A stretch of 64,000 nt of DNA from Botryllus schlosseri (lineage: Eukaryota). Of the stretch, positions 1-12,619 are shown piece by piece. Where the stretch lies: the NCBI GenBank assembly GCA_051294905.1, contig CM119384.1:1240001-1304000 (forward strand), given 5' to 3'. The number at the start of each line of letters is the position of its first letter. The first letter of the stretch is position 1. Both the position numbers and the translations under genes were made by a program. The notes below the pieces were generated by a model. It saw only the letters and a program-made list of their open reading frames with translations. It was not told the DNA's origin and searched no databases.

Positions 1-1125
1 ATTATTCTATTCGTGGTCGCATCAAGGGTACATGTTTATATTTTCCACATCATCAATACTGTAATCAGATCATAATGCGTGATCGATTTTGCCGTTTCTA
101 CTCAAGTAGAAGCAGAAGTAACGCGGTAAGAATTAGCGAGATACTATTCTTTATCCCGGGTTAGCTCGCAACGTAAGTTGTGCTACGACAACTTTATTTA
201 CGGTCTATTGTAACGTAAAACATTGCAATATGTTTTTACGGTTGGATATTGTTATTAATAGACCATGCAGTACGCATATGCATATATCGCTGACAGCGAT
301 TTTATTCCTTGTAATGGGAAGAATTTCTATTTAAAGTAAACGAAAAGCCAAAGATAAGTGTGTTCTTGATTAAATCTGCCTGTAACAGGTTTTTTCCAAT
401 TCACATTTTTATTCCTTGTGATGTGAGTTATTTACCCGTTCTGGATTTCCTGCCGTTTCGTATTTTATCATACTGGAAGCAATACGGCACACTTATTGTT
501 CTAGCTCAGTGGTTCTCAACCGGTGTGCCGCGGCACTGTGCCATTTACATCTAGTAAGTGTGCCGCGAGTGATTTCTTCGAAATTTTGAAATTATGCGCA
601 AAATAATTTTAGTCTGTAGCAAACGGTCAATAATCTTAATCGAGCTTGATGTGAAGTTTGTACATTAGACAAATCAAAAGAGATGTTATGCCCGCAATCA
701 ATATCCCCCGCGAATTCGCTCTACCCGACATATCGCGTGCTGAATTCAGTTTTGCACAATACGTTGATTGATGATCGCAGAGAAGGCAGGCTTGGCGGCG
801 CCTGTATGGCAATGCAGTTTTGCAATCCTCATTGTCTCCCCAATCACCAGCGAGAAATGACCTCCTTTGGAAGTGATATTCTCGTTTACAAATTCGAATT
901 ACAAACAGCAATCCATATTGAGATTGTTAGGTAGCGTGCCGGCACTTCCGTTAAAATGTAGGCTTGTAGTGCAAAGTTGTGTTACAGGCGACGAATATGA
1001 GAATTGAGTGTTTATCAAATTTTATCAGTTAACAAACTTCCTCGCAGCTGATGCTATTATCTTGATTTGTTGCAATTATAATTGTAGCATTATCATCGAG
1101 CTTCTAGCTGTAAGACTGACTACTT

Positions 1126-1940
1126 CAGTGGTTCTCAACCGGGGGTCCGCGAAGCCTCAAAATAGTTGATAACCTTTTTAATGGGAGAATCACGAGGCAG
1201 TTTTGCTTCTTTGCTAGTAAAACTCTAGAGCTCACATCGACAGAATGGCCATCTGAGATGAAATATCTTACCATGCATACTCATTTTAATTGATAAATAG
1301 TCAAAAAGCCTACTGTACAAATATTTTGCTGTTTAGAGATGTTTGTTGGGGATTGTGGAAAAAAAGTATGGTCAATCACGGTGACTTCGTAATGTTTACA
1401 AAAATCCATTTTCTCCTGTAATATACATAGCCATTTGTCCATAATAACTCCAAGATAAGCTGCTTGATAGAAATGACCAGGCTTGACGTTATATGTTCAT
1501 TAAATTAGTTTGTTTGTCAATTTTAATGCCATATTGGTTGCGATCATACCCAAATGTGTCGTTGGAAGCGTTACGCGTTATTAATACATTTACCACCAAC
1601 TATATTCGTGGAAATGGATTTACGGCACTCGTTCATATCAAATCGAACTAGCTGATTTTCAAGACACGACCACGTATTTTAAGAAATGCCGTTGAAGAAT
1701 TTGCTTTGAAATAATAGAAGTAAACCCAATTTCTACATGAATAGTATGATCTTATTTTCAAGAAAAGTCATTTTGTTGCTGTATATCACTGAGCCTACAG
1801 TTATCATTTGCACGAGACAGATGAGTAGATGACGGTTACACGATAATTGAGGCAAATTTGAACTAAAACTTCATGGGGGTCCACGGGCTCCGTGACGGTC
1901 CGAAAGGGGTCCGGGAAGACAAAAAGGTTGAGAACCACTG
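1126..1940 (+). mobile_element. Non-autonomous hAT (Buster-type) MITE, family A
   Basis: TIRs cagtggttctcaacc...ggttgagaaccactg; 8-bp TSD gactactt at 1118-1125 and 1941-1948; homologous copies at 24165-25031 and 25575-26427. Confidence 0.9.
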
Positions 1941-2589
1941 GACTACTTAGACAGACACCTTTACAAGCCGAACTCGAAGTGTATTCCTCTCGCAGACCAC
2001 ATGTCTGCCTGCCATCAAAACAATACAGGTAGGAACCCATCGCCGGGATCAATCAAGCATATCATAACACCACAATAATGGAACTGCGGGTGTCTGCCAG
2101 TAGAACTATTGAGGTATGGCTCCTCATTCCTCACACGCGTGCTAAACGATTTGCGTGGAAATGCATTGTATAAAGGGATGACACTGGGATATTTCGTAAA
2201 AACCCAGATGTGGAGGTCAAATAAACCCAGAATAAACCAGATCCTTTATTTCACTCAAATTTATATAAGATAGCTGCGAAACTGGAACCTGATAGTCATC
2301 AATACAGTCACATAGAAGCCTTTGATATCGAATTTCCAACAGCTCATACTATTGTGCTCTGTTAACACTGCAAATCGCACAAAAAGATGTTGTTTTATTT
2401 CTGAGGGTTATTTTCGTGTATTTCAAGTGATATGACCAGATTAAAAGTACCTTTCAATCGATTAATTCTGGTTCTGGGACAATCACTTTTATCTGGGATA
2501 GTCACATAGACCCATGTTTAGTTGAAAAAATATCTTCCAAATCATGAAATTGAAGGTTTAATCGAATGTGTTGATAACTATCAACGCCT

Positions 2590-3240
2590 CGAGGATACCA
2601 GGACCGTCAGGGACAACCACATAAAATTTATCCTTACGATACTTCTTGCCATGTGGCCGTTTGATGCGGAGAGTTATCGATCCAAAGCCCTCAATACGCG
2701 AACCGGAGTAGTTCTTTAGCAAAACATTGGGTTCTTTCTGGTTGTAACGGGGTCGGTTTGAATTTCTCGAATATTTCCTTGAAAAGTCGTCTTGGAAGAG
2801 TGTTTGCTCCAGCTCCAGTGTCGACCTTGATCTTCCAGCTCCCAGTCAACTTTGGGTAAGCTTGAATTTAATCCTGGTGTATGCTTCCTTACCTTGTTTG
2901 TCCTTGCAGTCGTTTACAGCTCCAATGGTGATCGATGAAATTGTGTTCGTTTGGTCATCATCACTATCAGGGTTTTGACAGTCAGTTCTGCTGCTGTCTG
3001 TGTCATACACTTTTACTTCTGATTGTCGAGTATGTCGATTCTTTTGATGTTTCTTTGACTTTCTCGGAGCCTTACGTTAGTGGCTCCCTTGTTGCTTGCT
3101 TCTCGCATTGCCGTCGCTATCACGCTTCTTCGTTGCGCAGATATCCTCCCAGTGGCCATAGTTTTCACAATAGTTACAGCGAGATCTAAATGCTGGGCAT
3201 TTCCAACCGTGTGATAGTCCGCATTTGTTACAGTTACTCT
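2590..3240 (-). mobile_element. Degraded Ty3/Gypsy gag-protease fragment
   Basis: Minus-strand translation gives tandem zinc knuckles CNKCGLSHGWKCPAFRSRCNYCENYGHW (~3140-3235) and an aspartic protease motif KIKVDTGAGANTLP (~2790-2835), then KNYSGSRIEGFGSITL and FYVVVPDGPGIL; frameshifted; no LTRs found. Confidence 0.75.
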
Positions 3241-4165
3241 GTCTCCTTTGCGGATTATGTCAATGTTTGAAGTTGCTCCTTCGGGAGCATCATGGCATCA
3301 CGAGTCAATTTCAAGTCATCAAGTTAATCCGTGTCGATAAAAATCACTTTATCTTGCATATGTTAGGATTGTTCGCGAAACGCTGGTGTAACGCGTGAGA
3401 GCGACCAATCACTCAATCACCAATCGTGCGTTTTAGTGAGCCTCCATTGTTCTCTCACAAATAAATTGACCGCTAACGACGTGATCGAAGCTTACAGCTT
3501 ACGTTGTCGTAAACTAGTATAGTATAGTAAAGTAATTTAATAGCAAAATCTCTATTTCTGTACTCTGTTCTTACCTTAAACAAACATATTATTTTATTGA
3601 AATTGAATTCGAATATTGTTTATTGTAGTTCTCAACTATTGGCGCAGGCTCGAATTGTATCATATCAACTTGTAATGGATAATGTATTGCATCTTATCAA
3701 TTTGTTTCTCTATTCCCTATTTTGGCTGGTAACTATAAACTGAGGCTATGCAATTACTCACGTAGGTTAGTAATTATACGTATATGTGAGCGATACTGCG
3801 CCTTCTTGCGTGTATATTCAACTCTATATTCGTTCATCGGCTCAAAATTAATGACCCCTCAAACTGTATTTCGGACACCTATCAAAATGCAATGACGTAA
3901 TCATGCCTCATACTTCCAAAAGGCAACTTGACTTGAATTGTGACTTGACTCGTGACTTGACTTGACTTGACTCGAGTCAAAATGTGCAATGACTCGAAGT
4001 GACTCGGGACTCGAAGGTAGTGACTTGATTCCAACACTGCTTTCAGGCACGCTTCATCAGTTCATCATCGGTTCTGTTGCTACCGAATTATAGCTCGGTT
4101 TACTGTAGGTGGGCTTTTTCGAGTCACTGCTTAGCAGCGAGGTCGGCGATGAGGAGCCCATAGAA

Positions 4166-7100
4166 TAGGCTTACCATACGTCCTCTTTTAAGAGGATTTG
4201 TCCTCTTTTTTGACTTTTTTGAAAGTGTCCTCGGAGGACGCCCTTTTGTCCTCTTTTTTGAGATTTTGTCCTCTTTTTTGAAAATTTAGGTCTGATATGC
4301 CGCAAATTAGCACAGAAGTGACGGTCCGGCGGATATTTCGGAGTGAAAAACGGTGAATTTAGCTCTGAGCGAAAAGATGACTTCTTTTTTTTTTAGCCAT
4401 CCATCTGGCAATGCGGAGAGAAAAACGGTATTTTGAGCTCTGAGCAGAAATGATGACCTTTTTTTTTTTTTTTTTAGTCATATATATATATCGACTTTTC
4501 AATTAAAGTAAAATGAAAAGGGCAAAAGAAAACAGGAAACAAAAAAAAACATCAAGATAATCAGTTTTAGGCTCGTATTAAGCGTCTCCAACGTAGGCGG
4601 TCGTGGGCGTCTTCAAGCGACAGCCCGCGTTGCGCTAGGTCAGTCTCCATTGTCGAGCGCCATGTTTTCCGATTCCAGCCACCTCTGCGCCATGGCTCCG
4701 TCGGAATGTGATTGATGATGGCGGCGGCTGGTTGCTCGTCTTGGTGCCGCACTAGATGCCCGATTAGGCGGAAGCGTCGTTCAGCTGCCAGTAGACGGCA
4801 TGGGACCGTTCCTATGAGCTCTCGCAATGCATTCGTGGATATATGCTCCGGATGGTGAATGCCGAGTGCATAGCGGAGGAGTGCGTCGTAGTTAGCGTTG
4901 AGCGTCTTAGCCAGCTTCTCTGTCAGCGTGAGAGCCTCTATTCCGTATAGAAGAACCTGCTCGACAGTGGCACGGAAGATACGGGTCTTGAGCTGGGTTG
5001 AGGCACTTGAATGGAAGAGGCTATGTAGCCGTCTTCCCGCGCCCCAGGCCTTTGCTCGCCTCGCCTTGAGCGCTTTTCCAGAGTCGGCGACGTCAATACC
5101 GAGGTACACAAAACTCGTTACATACTTGAGATCGATTTCTCCCAGTTGAATCGGTGTCGCGTTCTTCGGTAGAGCTGGTATGGCCAGGACCTCAGTCTTC
5201 TTGGCGTTGATCTGGAGTCCAACAAGAGCGGCGGCGGCCTCTAGCTGGTTAATGAGGCGCTGTGCCGATGCGGTGTTCGGGGCAAGCAAGGCTAGGTCGT
5301 CTGCGTAGGCAAGAATACCTACGTGTATTGCCTCGCGAGTCGTACGGGTGCGCGTTCCTTGCCGTGGCCGCCATTTAAAGAAGTTCGTATTATCCGGGAA
5401 GGCCGTTCGTAGGACGAAGTCAAGGATGACCACGAACAGGAATGGTGCCAGGGTGTCACCTTGAAGCACACCAGCCGAAGTGTTGAAATCCCCGCTTGGG
5501 CCGTCATCTGTTCGGACTCGCGCTCGTGTGTCAGTGTAGAGGGCCATAATGGCGTACGTTATCACCTCAGGAATTCCGTAGAATCTGAGGATTTCTGCCA
5601 TGGCTGGGCGCGAGACCGAGTCGAAGGCTTTCGCGAAATCAACGAAGACGGCCACAACATTCTTTTTGCGTGAGCGACAGGTGTCAATGATTGTGCGCAG
5701 TGCCAGGATGTGCTCTGTAGTACCGCGAGATGGTCGAAATCCATTCTGAGCATTCAGGAGCTTGGTAGAGAGTTGCTCACGTATGCGAAGGAGCAATACT
5801 CGGTCGAACAACTTGGCAGCGGTCTGCATCAGGAAGATGCCTCTGTAGTTCGCTGGGTCACTCGCATCGCCTTTCTTGTAGATAGGGACAATTTCGCTCT
5901 CGAGCCACTCAGGGGGCACCGGGCCGCCTTCTAGGACGCCATTCATGACGTCGAGGAGCACAGGTGCAACGCCCGAGGTGTAAGCAGCTGTTGGGATGCC
6001 GTCCATGCCGGTGGCCTTGAATTGTGGTACTCCACGCATGGCTGTCTTGAGCTCACCTAGCGTGATCACTGATCAGGGCTGTATTGATCGCTAGAGGATT
6101 TCCTGCTAGTGAAGGCGGTGCAACGAGCACATCGATGTCCGGTGCAGGTGTAGATAACAGGGTCTCGAAGTGTGCAGCGAGGTCTTCCGTACAGGCCTTC
6201 ACGCGGTCCCTCTTGAAGCCAACTAGTTCACCGATGGCTTTCCAGGCTGCTCTTGATCGGCCTGCTTCCAACTCGTTTTCCACGGAAAGGGCAATAGCTT
6301 CGACTCGTTCCTTGCGAGCTGCGTCGTAAACGTTTGCAAGGTACAGAGCTGCCTCGTTAGCATCGCTATGTGCGTCCGGTGTTCCAGAGGTGTACGCAGC
6401 ACGTCTGAGAGTCTTAAGGTTACGGCGTGCACTGAGCACTGTTGGGTCAGATTCCCAGGCTAATTTTGGCCGTGGCTTGCTACGGGCCTCACCGAGCGTT
6501 TCGCGGGCTGCATCCTTGACTGCTGCTACAAGTGGCGCAAAGGCGGTCGGTATAGTATTTTGGATCTCGAGGGCGTGGAGTGTGTGCATGGTAAAGACAT
6601 TCATCTTATTTGCGTCCTTCAGATCGAACCAATTTGGTAGCGGCTCCTTCGGTGTGCGCTTCGGGACGAACGGGAGGTGTTCACGAAGCGTGGCCAACAC
6701 CAAGCGATGGTCACTGCTGATCGTTAGCATGCGCACCGTTCGGCAGTTCGTGAAATGGCGCCGTGCGGGAGCATTGCAGCAGATATAATCCAGCCGTGTG
6801 TTGCGTTGGCGCATACCGTCAAATGTCGCCCCCTACGCTTCGGCTTCATAGAGAAGTTGGCGTTGAGAGGAATGAGGTCGCAGCGGTCGAGTAGATTAGT
6901 GAAATGCTCCGAGTTGCTGTTCTCGTTGCCAACTGGGAAGCGAACTCGCTGCGAGCGCTCGGCCAACGTGGCATTCATGTCCCCAAGCAGCATGGTTATG
7001 TCGCGCTGCGGGTAAGTTGATAGAATGCCTTCTAGTTGGTCGTAGAAAGCGAGCGTATCAGCTGGGAAGGCAGTGGTGTTCGGAGATGTTGGTCCATACG

Positions 7101-7741
7101 CACACACGAGGTGCAGTTTGCGGCGACGGAGTTGAATACTGGCTGTGATAATGCGGCTGTTTATAACGTCAATCTTTGCCTCGGCGTGGAAACGCTGGGA
7201 TAAGATTAGACCGACGCCTCCAACTCCGCCTTGGTTGGCAGGTGATTGGATCATGATGATGCCTGCGCCTAGGTGTTTTTCGCGGAATTGTTCAGTGAAG
7301 TGTTGGCGATGTTCTTGGATTGCCAACGCATCAAGTTTGAGGTCAGTCACAAGTGCGGCAGCTTCTTCCTGACGCCATACAGAGTTCAAAGTTCTCGTGT
7401 TCAGAGTTCCGAGTTTAACTTTTGCATTTAGGCTAATCCTCAGGGATCTTGGTTGAGGCTTCGGGTCTCCGGCGCCGCCCGGCAGATCCCAGTCTTTCTG
7501 TTGATATTGTCCAACTCGGCGAGTACGCAGTAACTTAAGGTAGTAAAGTCTTCGTCGCACTTTGCGACTTGGTCTACTCTGTTCTTTACTGCCTACACTG
7601 CGCAGCACGTCCAAGCTGTACGTAATCATGACAAGCAATCAGCTAGCGGAGCGAGAAATACACGTCTGCACTCGGCGACTGACTACTCCACCTGGCAATG
7701 TAGAGTAAAAAACGGTATTTTGAGATCTGAGCGGAAGTGAT

Positions 7742-7772
<31 letters not shown>

Positions 7773-7893
7773 AGTCAACCGTCCGCAAAGTGGGAAAAAT
7801 TCACCGGTTTTTGAGAATTCTACTCCGGTTTTGTATCTTGCAAATTTCTGAAAAAGTGTCCTCTTTTTGCATTTTCAAAATATGGTAAGCCTA
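4166..7893 (+). mobile_element. hAT MITE (TIR taggcttaccata) interrupted by a LINE
   Basis: TIRs at 4166-4178 and 7881-7893; TSD ccatagaa at 4158-4165 and 7894-7901; an empty copy of the family lies at 43949-44357. Confidence 0.9.
4481..7686 (-). mobile_element. RTE-clade non-LTR retrotransposon (APE endonuclease + reverse transcriptase) with two frameshifts
   Basis: ORF pieces 6724-7638 (KLGTLNTRTL, AIQEHR, LLGDMNA), 6053-6814 (TRLDYI) and 4567-6069 (GVLQGDTLAPFLF, LAYADDL, FVYLG) join into a single ORF typical of RTE; (TA)n 3-prime tail at 4481-4491. Confidence 0.9.
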
Positions 7894-7901
7894 CCATAGA
7901 A

Positions 7902-9038
7902 CAGTGGTTCCCAAACGGTGGGGAATTCCCTACTGGTGGGGAATTCAACGGTTTCTGGTGGTATTTATTCAAAATTATATACAGGGCAGTCCGCATATTC
8001 ACGGAGACACATGCGCAATTACGGTCACCAGTTAACTGCTCTGGAATGTGTGTATCGAAAATTATATTGCGAATTGTTCACAAAACCTCATTTTTAACTC
8101 TGGATGGCCGATGATGGCGTCACAAACGCGTCCAGCACGACTAGTTTGACGTGAAATAACGCTTTCGCGAAATTTTGAGCGTTACTGGTATCGGTTCACA
8201 ATACGTTTTATGTTGCAGTTACAGGCGATTGTCTTGCGTACTGGTGTGGTTGTGTGTCTTGTGTAGTCAAACCAGAAAGTAGCTGCTCTGTGATGACAAA
8301 AGTGCTGGGTAGTGGGGAACAGGACCATAACTCCCGCACCCCAACCCCCCCCCCCCTAATGCCACTTTTTGAAAAAAATTTGCGCTGGGTGCTCGATTTA
8401 ATATTGCCGAATATCTGATTATTGGGTACCCAAAACTTCGATAGATATATAATATACATATATGTTTAATTGGCTAAATGGCTGGCGCCGAATGTTCCTG
8501 TCCTGGCGATCTGAACCCCGCAGGACAAATGCCATCCCGCAGCAAAAAGTAATTTGCCAGTAAACCAATACCAATTTGAAATCGTGTGTGTCTTTTAGTA
8601 TGTATAACGAAGTTAATATATCAACAAGTACGCCCGAAAATGTTCAATTCTTCATTTATTGGTCCTACCTTTTCCAATACACCTCACTCGGCTCTACCGG
8701 TAAATCTGATTACGTGAGCAGAGAGGGGATAAAAAATTGATAACAAAATATATGCAATTCCCGATCATATTGGCCGATTCAAACACAAATTATATAAATT
8801 TTTCGCGCTTCGCGCTTATAGTGGACATATGGCGACACCCTAAACAGTAGACCCAATGCAGCTGATAAGTTGCAGGGAAAAAGCGTACAGGCTCAACGGG
8901 GCTGAGCGGTCTCTAGAGACCCAATACCAACGTTTTTTTTGGCGGGGCTGACAAAGTGCTGTTATGGTCCTGGTGGGGAATGAAGGCTAGGAAAAAATCT
9001 GAAGTGGGGAATGAAGACAGAAAGGTTGGGAACCACTG
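7902..9038. mobile_element. Non-autonomous hAT element
   Basis: TIRs cagtggttcccaa...ttgggaaccactg; TSD ccatagaa at 7894-7901 and 9039-9046. Confidence 0.85.
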
Positions 9039-9067
9039 CCATAGAACCTCTGACACATAGTAATTAC

Positions 9068-9135
9068 TCCGAACCGGGATTCTAACTACTACCGTTGGCG
9101 TGACGCTGGCGCTTAACCAACTGCGCCACTCGCTT
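9068..9135 (-). mobile_element. tRNA-derived SINE head or tRNA pseudogene fragment
   Basis: Minus strand reads GAGTGGCGCAGTTGGTTAAGCG...GTAGTTAGAATCCCGG: A-box intact, B-box degenerate; no complete cloverleaf seen. Confidence 0.5.
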
Positions 9136-10014
9136 CCCCTCAGTTAAGTAGTGAAACAGTCTCTCAAGACGCTGTCGTTAAAATAACAGCGAAATCCACG
9201 GACAGTGGCGAACTTAAGAGTGTGTATTTTATGATATTATGATCTTACTAATCTAATAATTAATTTTCGAGCGTAAAACTGACTTGACGAACACGTTGAA
9301 AAAGAAACAGATTTCAGGGACAACAAACCCAGGTGATTATTAAAAAACCCAGATCTGGGTGGAAAAACCTAAGAGTGGCATGTCTGATTGTATAGCCTAC
9401 GCGTCTATACGCCTCCGTATTCGTTAGTGGTGATCGTGAAGAAGAGATGAGAGTGGCATTATTCAATGTGCGCCCAGACATTGGAAGGATGTGCGCTAGA
9501 AGTCAAGTGCAAATTTCGCATTGACTTTGTTTGTGATGAAAATCAACAAATTGTTTTGTTTTCGCGAGAACTGTTCAATTTAATACAGACATTTTGGATT
9601 GGCTGCAGAGCTAAATCACATTAGTCAGCATTACTACTGAAGTGGGTCCTGCTAAGTATTATGGTAGTTTGCAGGTTCCGTAAGCCAAAACGGTTCAGAA
9701 CCACTGTGCTGGTGTGCCGCGAACTATATTTCATTTCCAAAGGGTGCCGCGAGGTAAAAAAGGTGATTTTTTCAACATCACCCCCGAAAGACCCGTCTCC
9801 ACGTGTAATCGGTGGCAGTTTATCTTTTTTTAGTCAACTTGTGAGACAGGCCCATAAGAACCCGTTTTCACGTGCATTTCGTTCCGATGAGTTAAATATA
9901 GCCGTTCTAACATTTTCGCACCCTTCGTTATTTTCGCTCCCCCCTGTTTCTCAAAATCGCCCACTAGGGGGGATATAGCCCACCCTGAGTTGGGAACCAC
10001 TGTTCTAGTATCGG

Positions 10015-10640
10015 ATTTTACGTTCGATAGTTCTAAGTCTTTACTTTTCGTAAAAGACACACGTGAGCGGGTGGCGATGAGCACCCTAGATAAACCTCCA
10101 GGATTTAGATAGGGATTCTTGAGTCGAGCGCGGTCGGACCCGAACCCACGACCCAATTGTGTTTCAACTGTGGAACGTACCCCTGCCCTAGTATTTTATT
10201 TATTTCAGTACAGTGCACCCTTACACCCTTTGATGTCATACACCAAGGATTAGGGCTGCATTTAAAACAAACGGTGTGTTAAAACACTTTTTTTAAAACA
10301 TGTTTTGAACAGTGTTTTAAACATAGCCTTTAAAAAAAAAACATAATTGTGAAATACTTTCCAAAAAACATGTTGTATGAGCCTACGGACAATAATCACC
10401 CGATATAGCCTACGTATATCAATATGGGATGGTTGAAGCCCTCAAAATAGTCAGTTCAACAGCAATAGTGCAGATATTTCGTTAAAGGAGCTATATTTAT
10501 TATCTACCTATATTTTCAATTGTCACTGTCAATCCACTATGACGTCACAATTGAATATTCGTGACGTCATGGCTTAAAAAAAAATCAAAAGCATGTTTTA
10601 AACCAGGGCCTTGTTTTAAACATGTTTGTTTTAAATTGAT
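10015..10640. repeat. ~630-bp direct repeat of 20357-21012 (SINE-like flank plus MITE B)
   Basis: Near-identical sequence from ttac(g/a)ttcgatagttctaagtc through the MITE B insertion at ccaaggat. Confidence 0.85.
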
Positions 10641-10662
10641 TTTTGTTTTAAATGCAACCCTA
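10251..10662. mobile_element. hAT-like MITE, family B
   Basis: TIRs tagggctgcatttaaaacaaa...ttttaaatgcaacccta; TSD ccaaggat; further copies near 20590-21012 (truncated), 34442-34829 and 40587-40962. Confidence 0.85.
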
Positions 10663-11974
10663 CCAAGGATCATATCGCCAACAACCGACTGCACCGCTAT
10701 ACAGTCAGTTAAACAATCATATTTTGTGTATATGGTTTTGATTTCGGCCGTTTTTTATATACCGGTATTCAATCTGTTTGTTATTAATGTCCCGGTTGAC
10801 GAAGCAAATGTGTTTTGTAAATTTAAAAGTGGTACATTTATGTTAACAATGTTGTGGTAGGCTACATGACAAACTGAACTGTAGCTGAAATTTCCAATCA
10901 AACACGAAAATCATCTCATTGAGTACGAGTGCAGCCGACGGGGAAACGTCCTTGCCTGCTCAGTCCTCATGATTCGACTTGGACGTTCGTTCATTAGTCA
11001 CCATTTGCTGAACAAACTGACTTCCAGTTCCTCTATTCAGATTTTTCCACCCGGACTGCCACATAGAAAAGGTGCCTCACGTTATTGATGTCAAAGAGCT
11101 TATAAAACATCACATGATGTCTCGAGCACTTGAAGAGCTGAGAATAGTATATCAATAATGGAGTCTTCTTAAGCCAATGATATCCAAAAGCTCATTACGA
11201 AATAGTCTTTAGGAGTTCTGGCAAATAGTTCAAATATAATCCGCGGGAAACGCAAATATTTGTAATAAAATGATTATGCTACATCACTGCGCTAGTGGCA
11301 AGCAATGCTAACATGCGCGGCCACCTGCTTCAAAACTGCGTTGATTATCGTCAGTGAATGGCGGCGGGGTTGCTTCATGTTTGGGGGTTGCAGGCATTGT
11401 CGATTTTAGGAGAAAGTCTTGTTGTCATAGATATAAAGCTAGCGATGTCTGATATCAATAAGATTAAAATAGAAGTCCTACAGCGGACGTGATGTGTATA
11501 GAACTGGTATATGACCGACAGTTATCAATGTAAATGCAGTTAGAGTTATGCACGTTGAGACAGTATTCATTCGGTAAAATTTGCACTTTATTTTTGAAAA
11601 CTAACTGAAACTCTTCAGAAATTCCTGCCGGTACTATAGATCCAGTAAACAGCATTTTGAATTTGGTCAGAACACTAATAGTATATTGTTCAAATGTTAC
11701 GGAATACTCTATTACCTGGTGCACAAATAAAATGCAAGTGTTCGTATCTTAAACTGTTAAGGGGCATCGTCATAGGCTTACTTGGCAGCGTACCATGTCG
11801 ATTTCGTCGCTAGGTCGGTAATCAAGGCAATTATGTATGTAAACGCATAAAATTGTCGCATATGCCCAAAAGCATTCTCTATCTTCCTTGACTGTGATAG
11901 ATTTTACTTGCATCGCATTCACTGGTCTCCAAATTTCGAAAAAAAAAGTTGCGCCAAAATTTTTTATAATTGAT

Positions 11975-12600
11975 TTGGGCTAGTTTAAGGTTGCTGAATC
12001 CGATTCTGTGCTCAGAATTTCTCTATCACGTCAGATTTTTCCGTATTAGTTTTTCTCATTTCCGTAAATTAATCAAATTTCGGCTTTCGTTATAGTGACA
12101 TCACGGTTTTCATACAACAGCAACAGATCAAATATTGTTATTGAAATCATCTATCATGAAACTTGGGTTGTTGTAGTACAGAATGAGTGAGTTTTCGGTG
12201 ATCTTGAATCCAGTGATTTTCTATCTTCGTTGGACCAGAAGCTCTTTTCGACCCATAAAATGACATTGGTCTACAAATTAAAAAAAAAATTAATGATTGA
12301 TTCAGGCTAGTATTAGGTTGCTGAATCCGATTCTGTGCTCAGAATTTTTCTATCAGGTCAGATTTTTTCGGTATGTATTTTTCTCATTTTCGTAAATTAC
12401 TCAAATTTCGACTTTCGTTAGTGACATTACGGCGGGCGTACAACAGCAACAGATCAAATATTGTTATTGATATCATCTATAATGATGAAATCTGGGTTGT
12501 TCCAGAAAAGTATAACTGGGTTTTCGGTGAACTTGAATGCAGTGGTTCTCTATCTTCTTTCAACCAGGACCTCTTTCGGCCCATAAATTTATTTGGTAGC
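11975..12600. repeat. Two diverged tandem units of ~330 bp
   Basis: aggttgctgaatccgattctgtgctcagaattt recurs at ~11988 and ~12315 with colinear downstream sequence. Confidence 0.8.
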
Positions 12601-12619
12601 AGTTATCATCTCTGTATAC

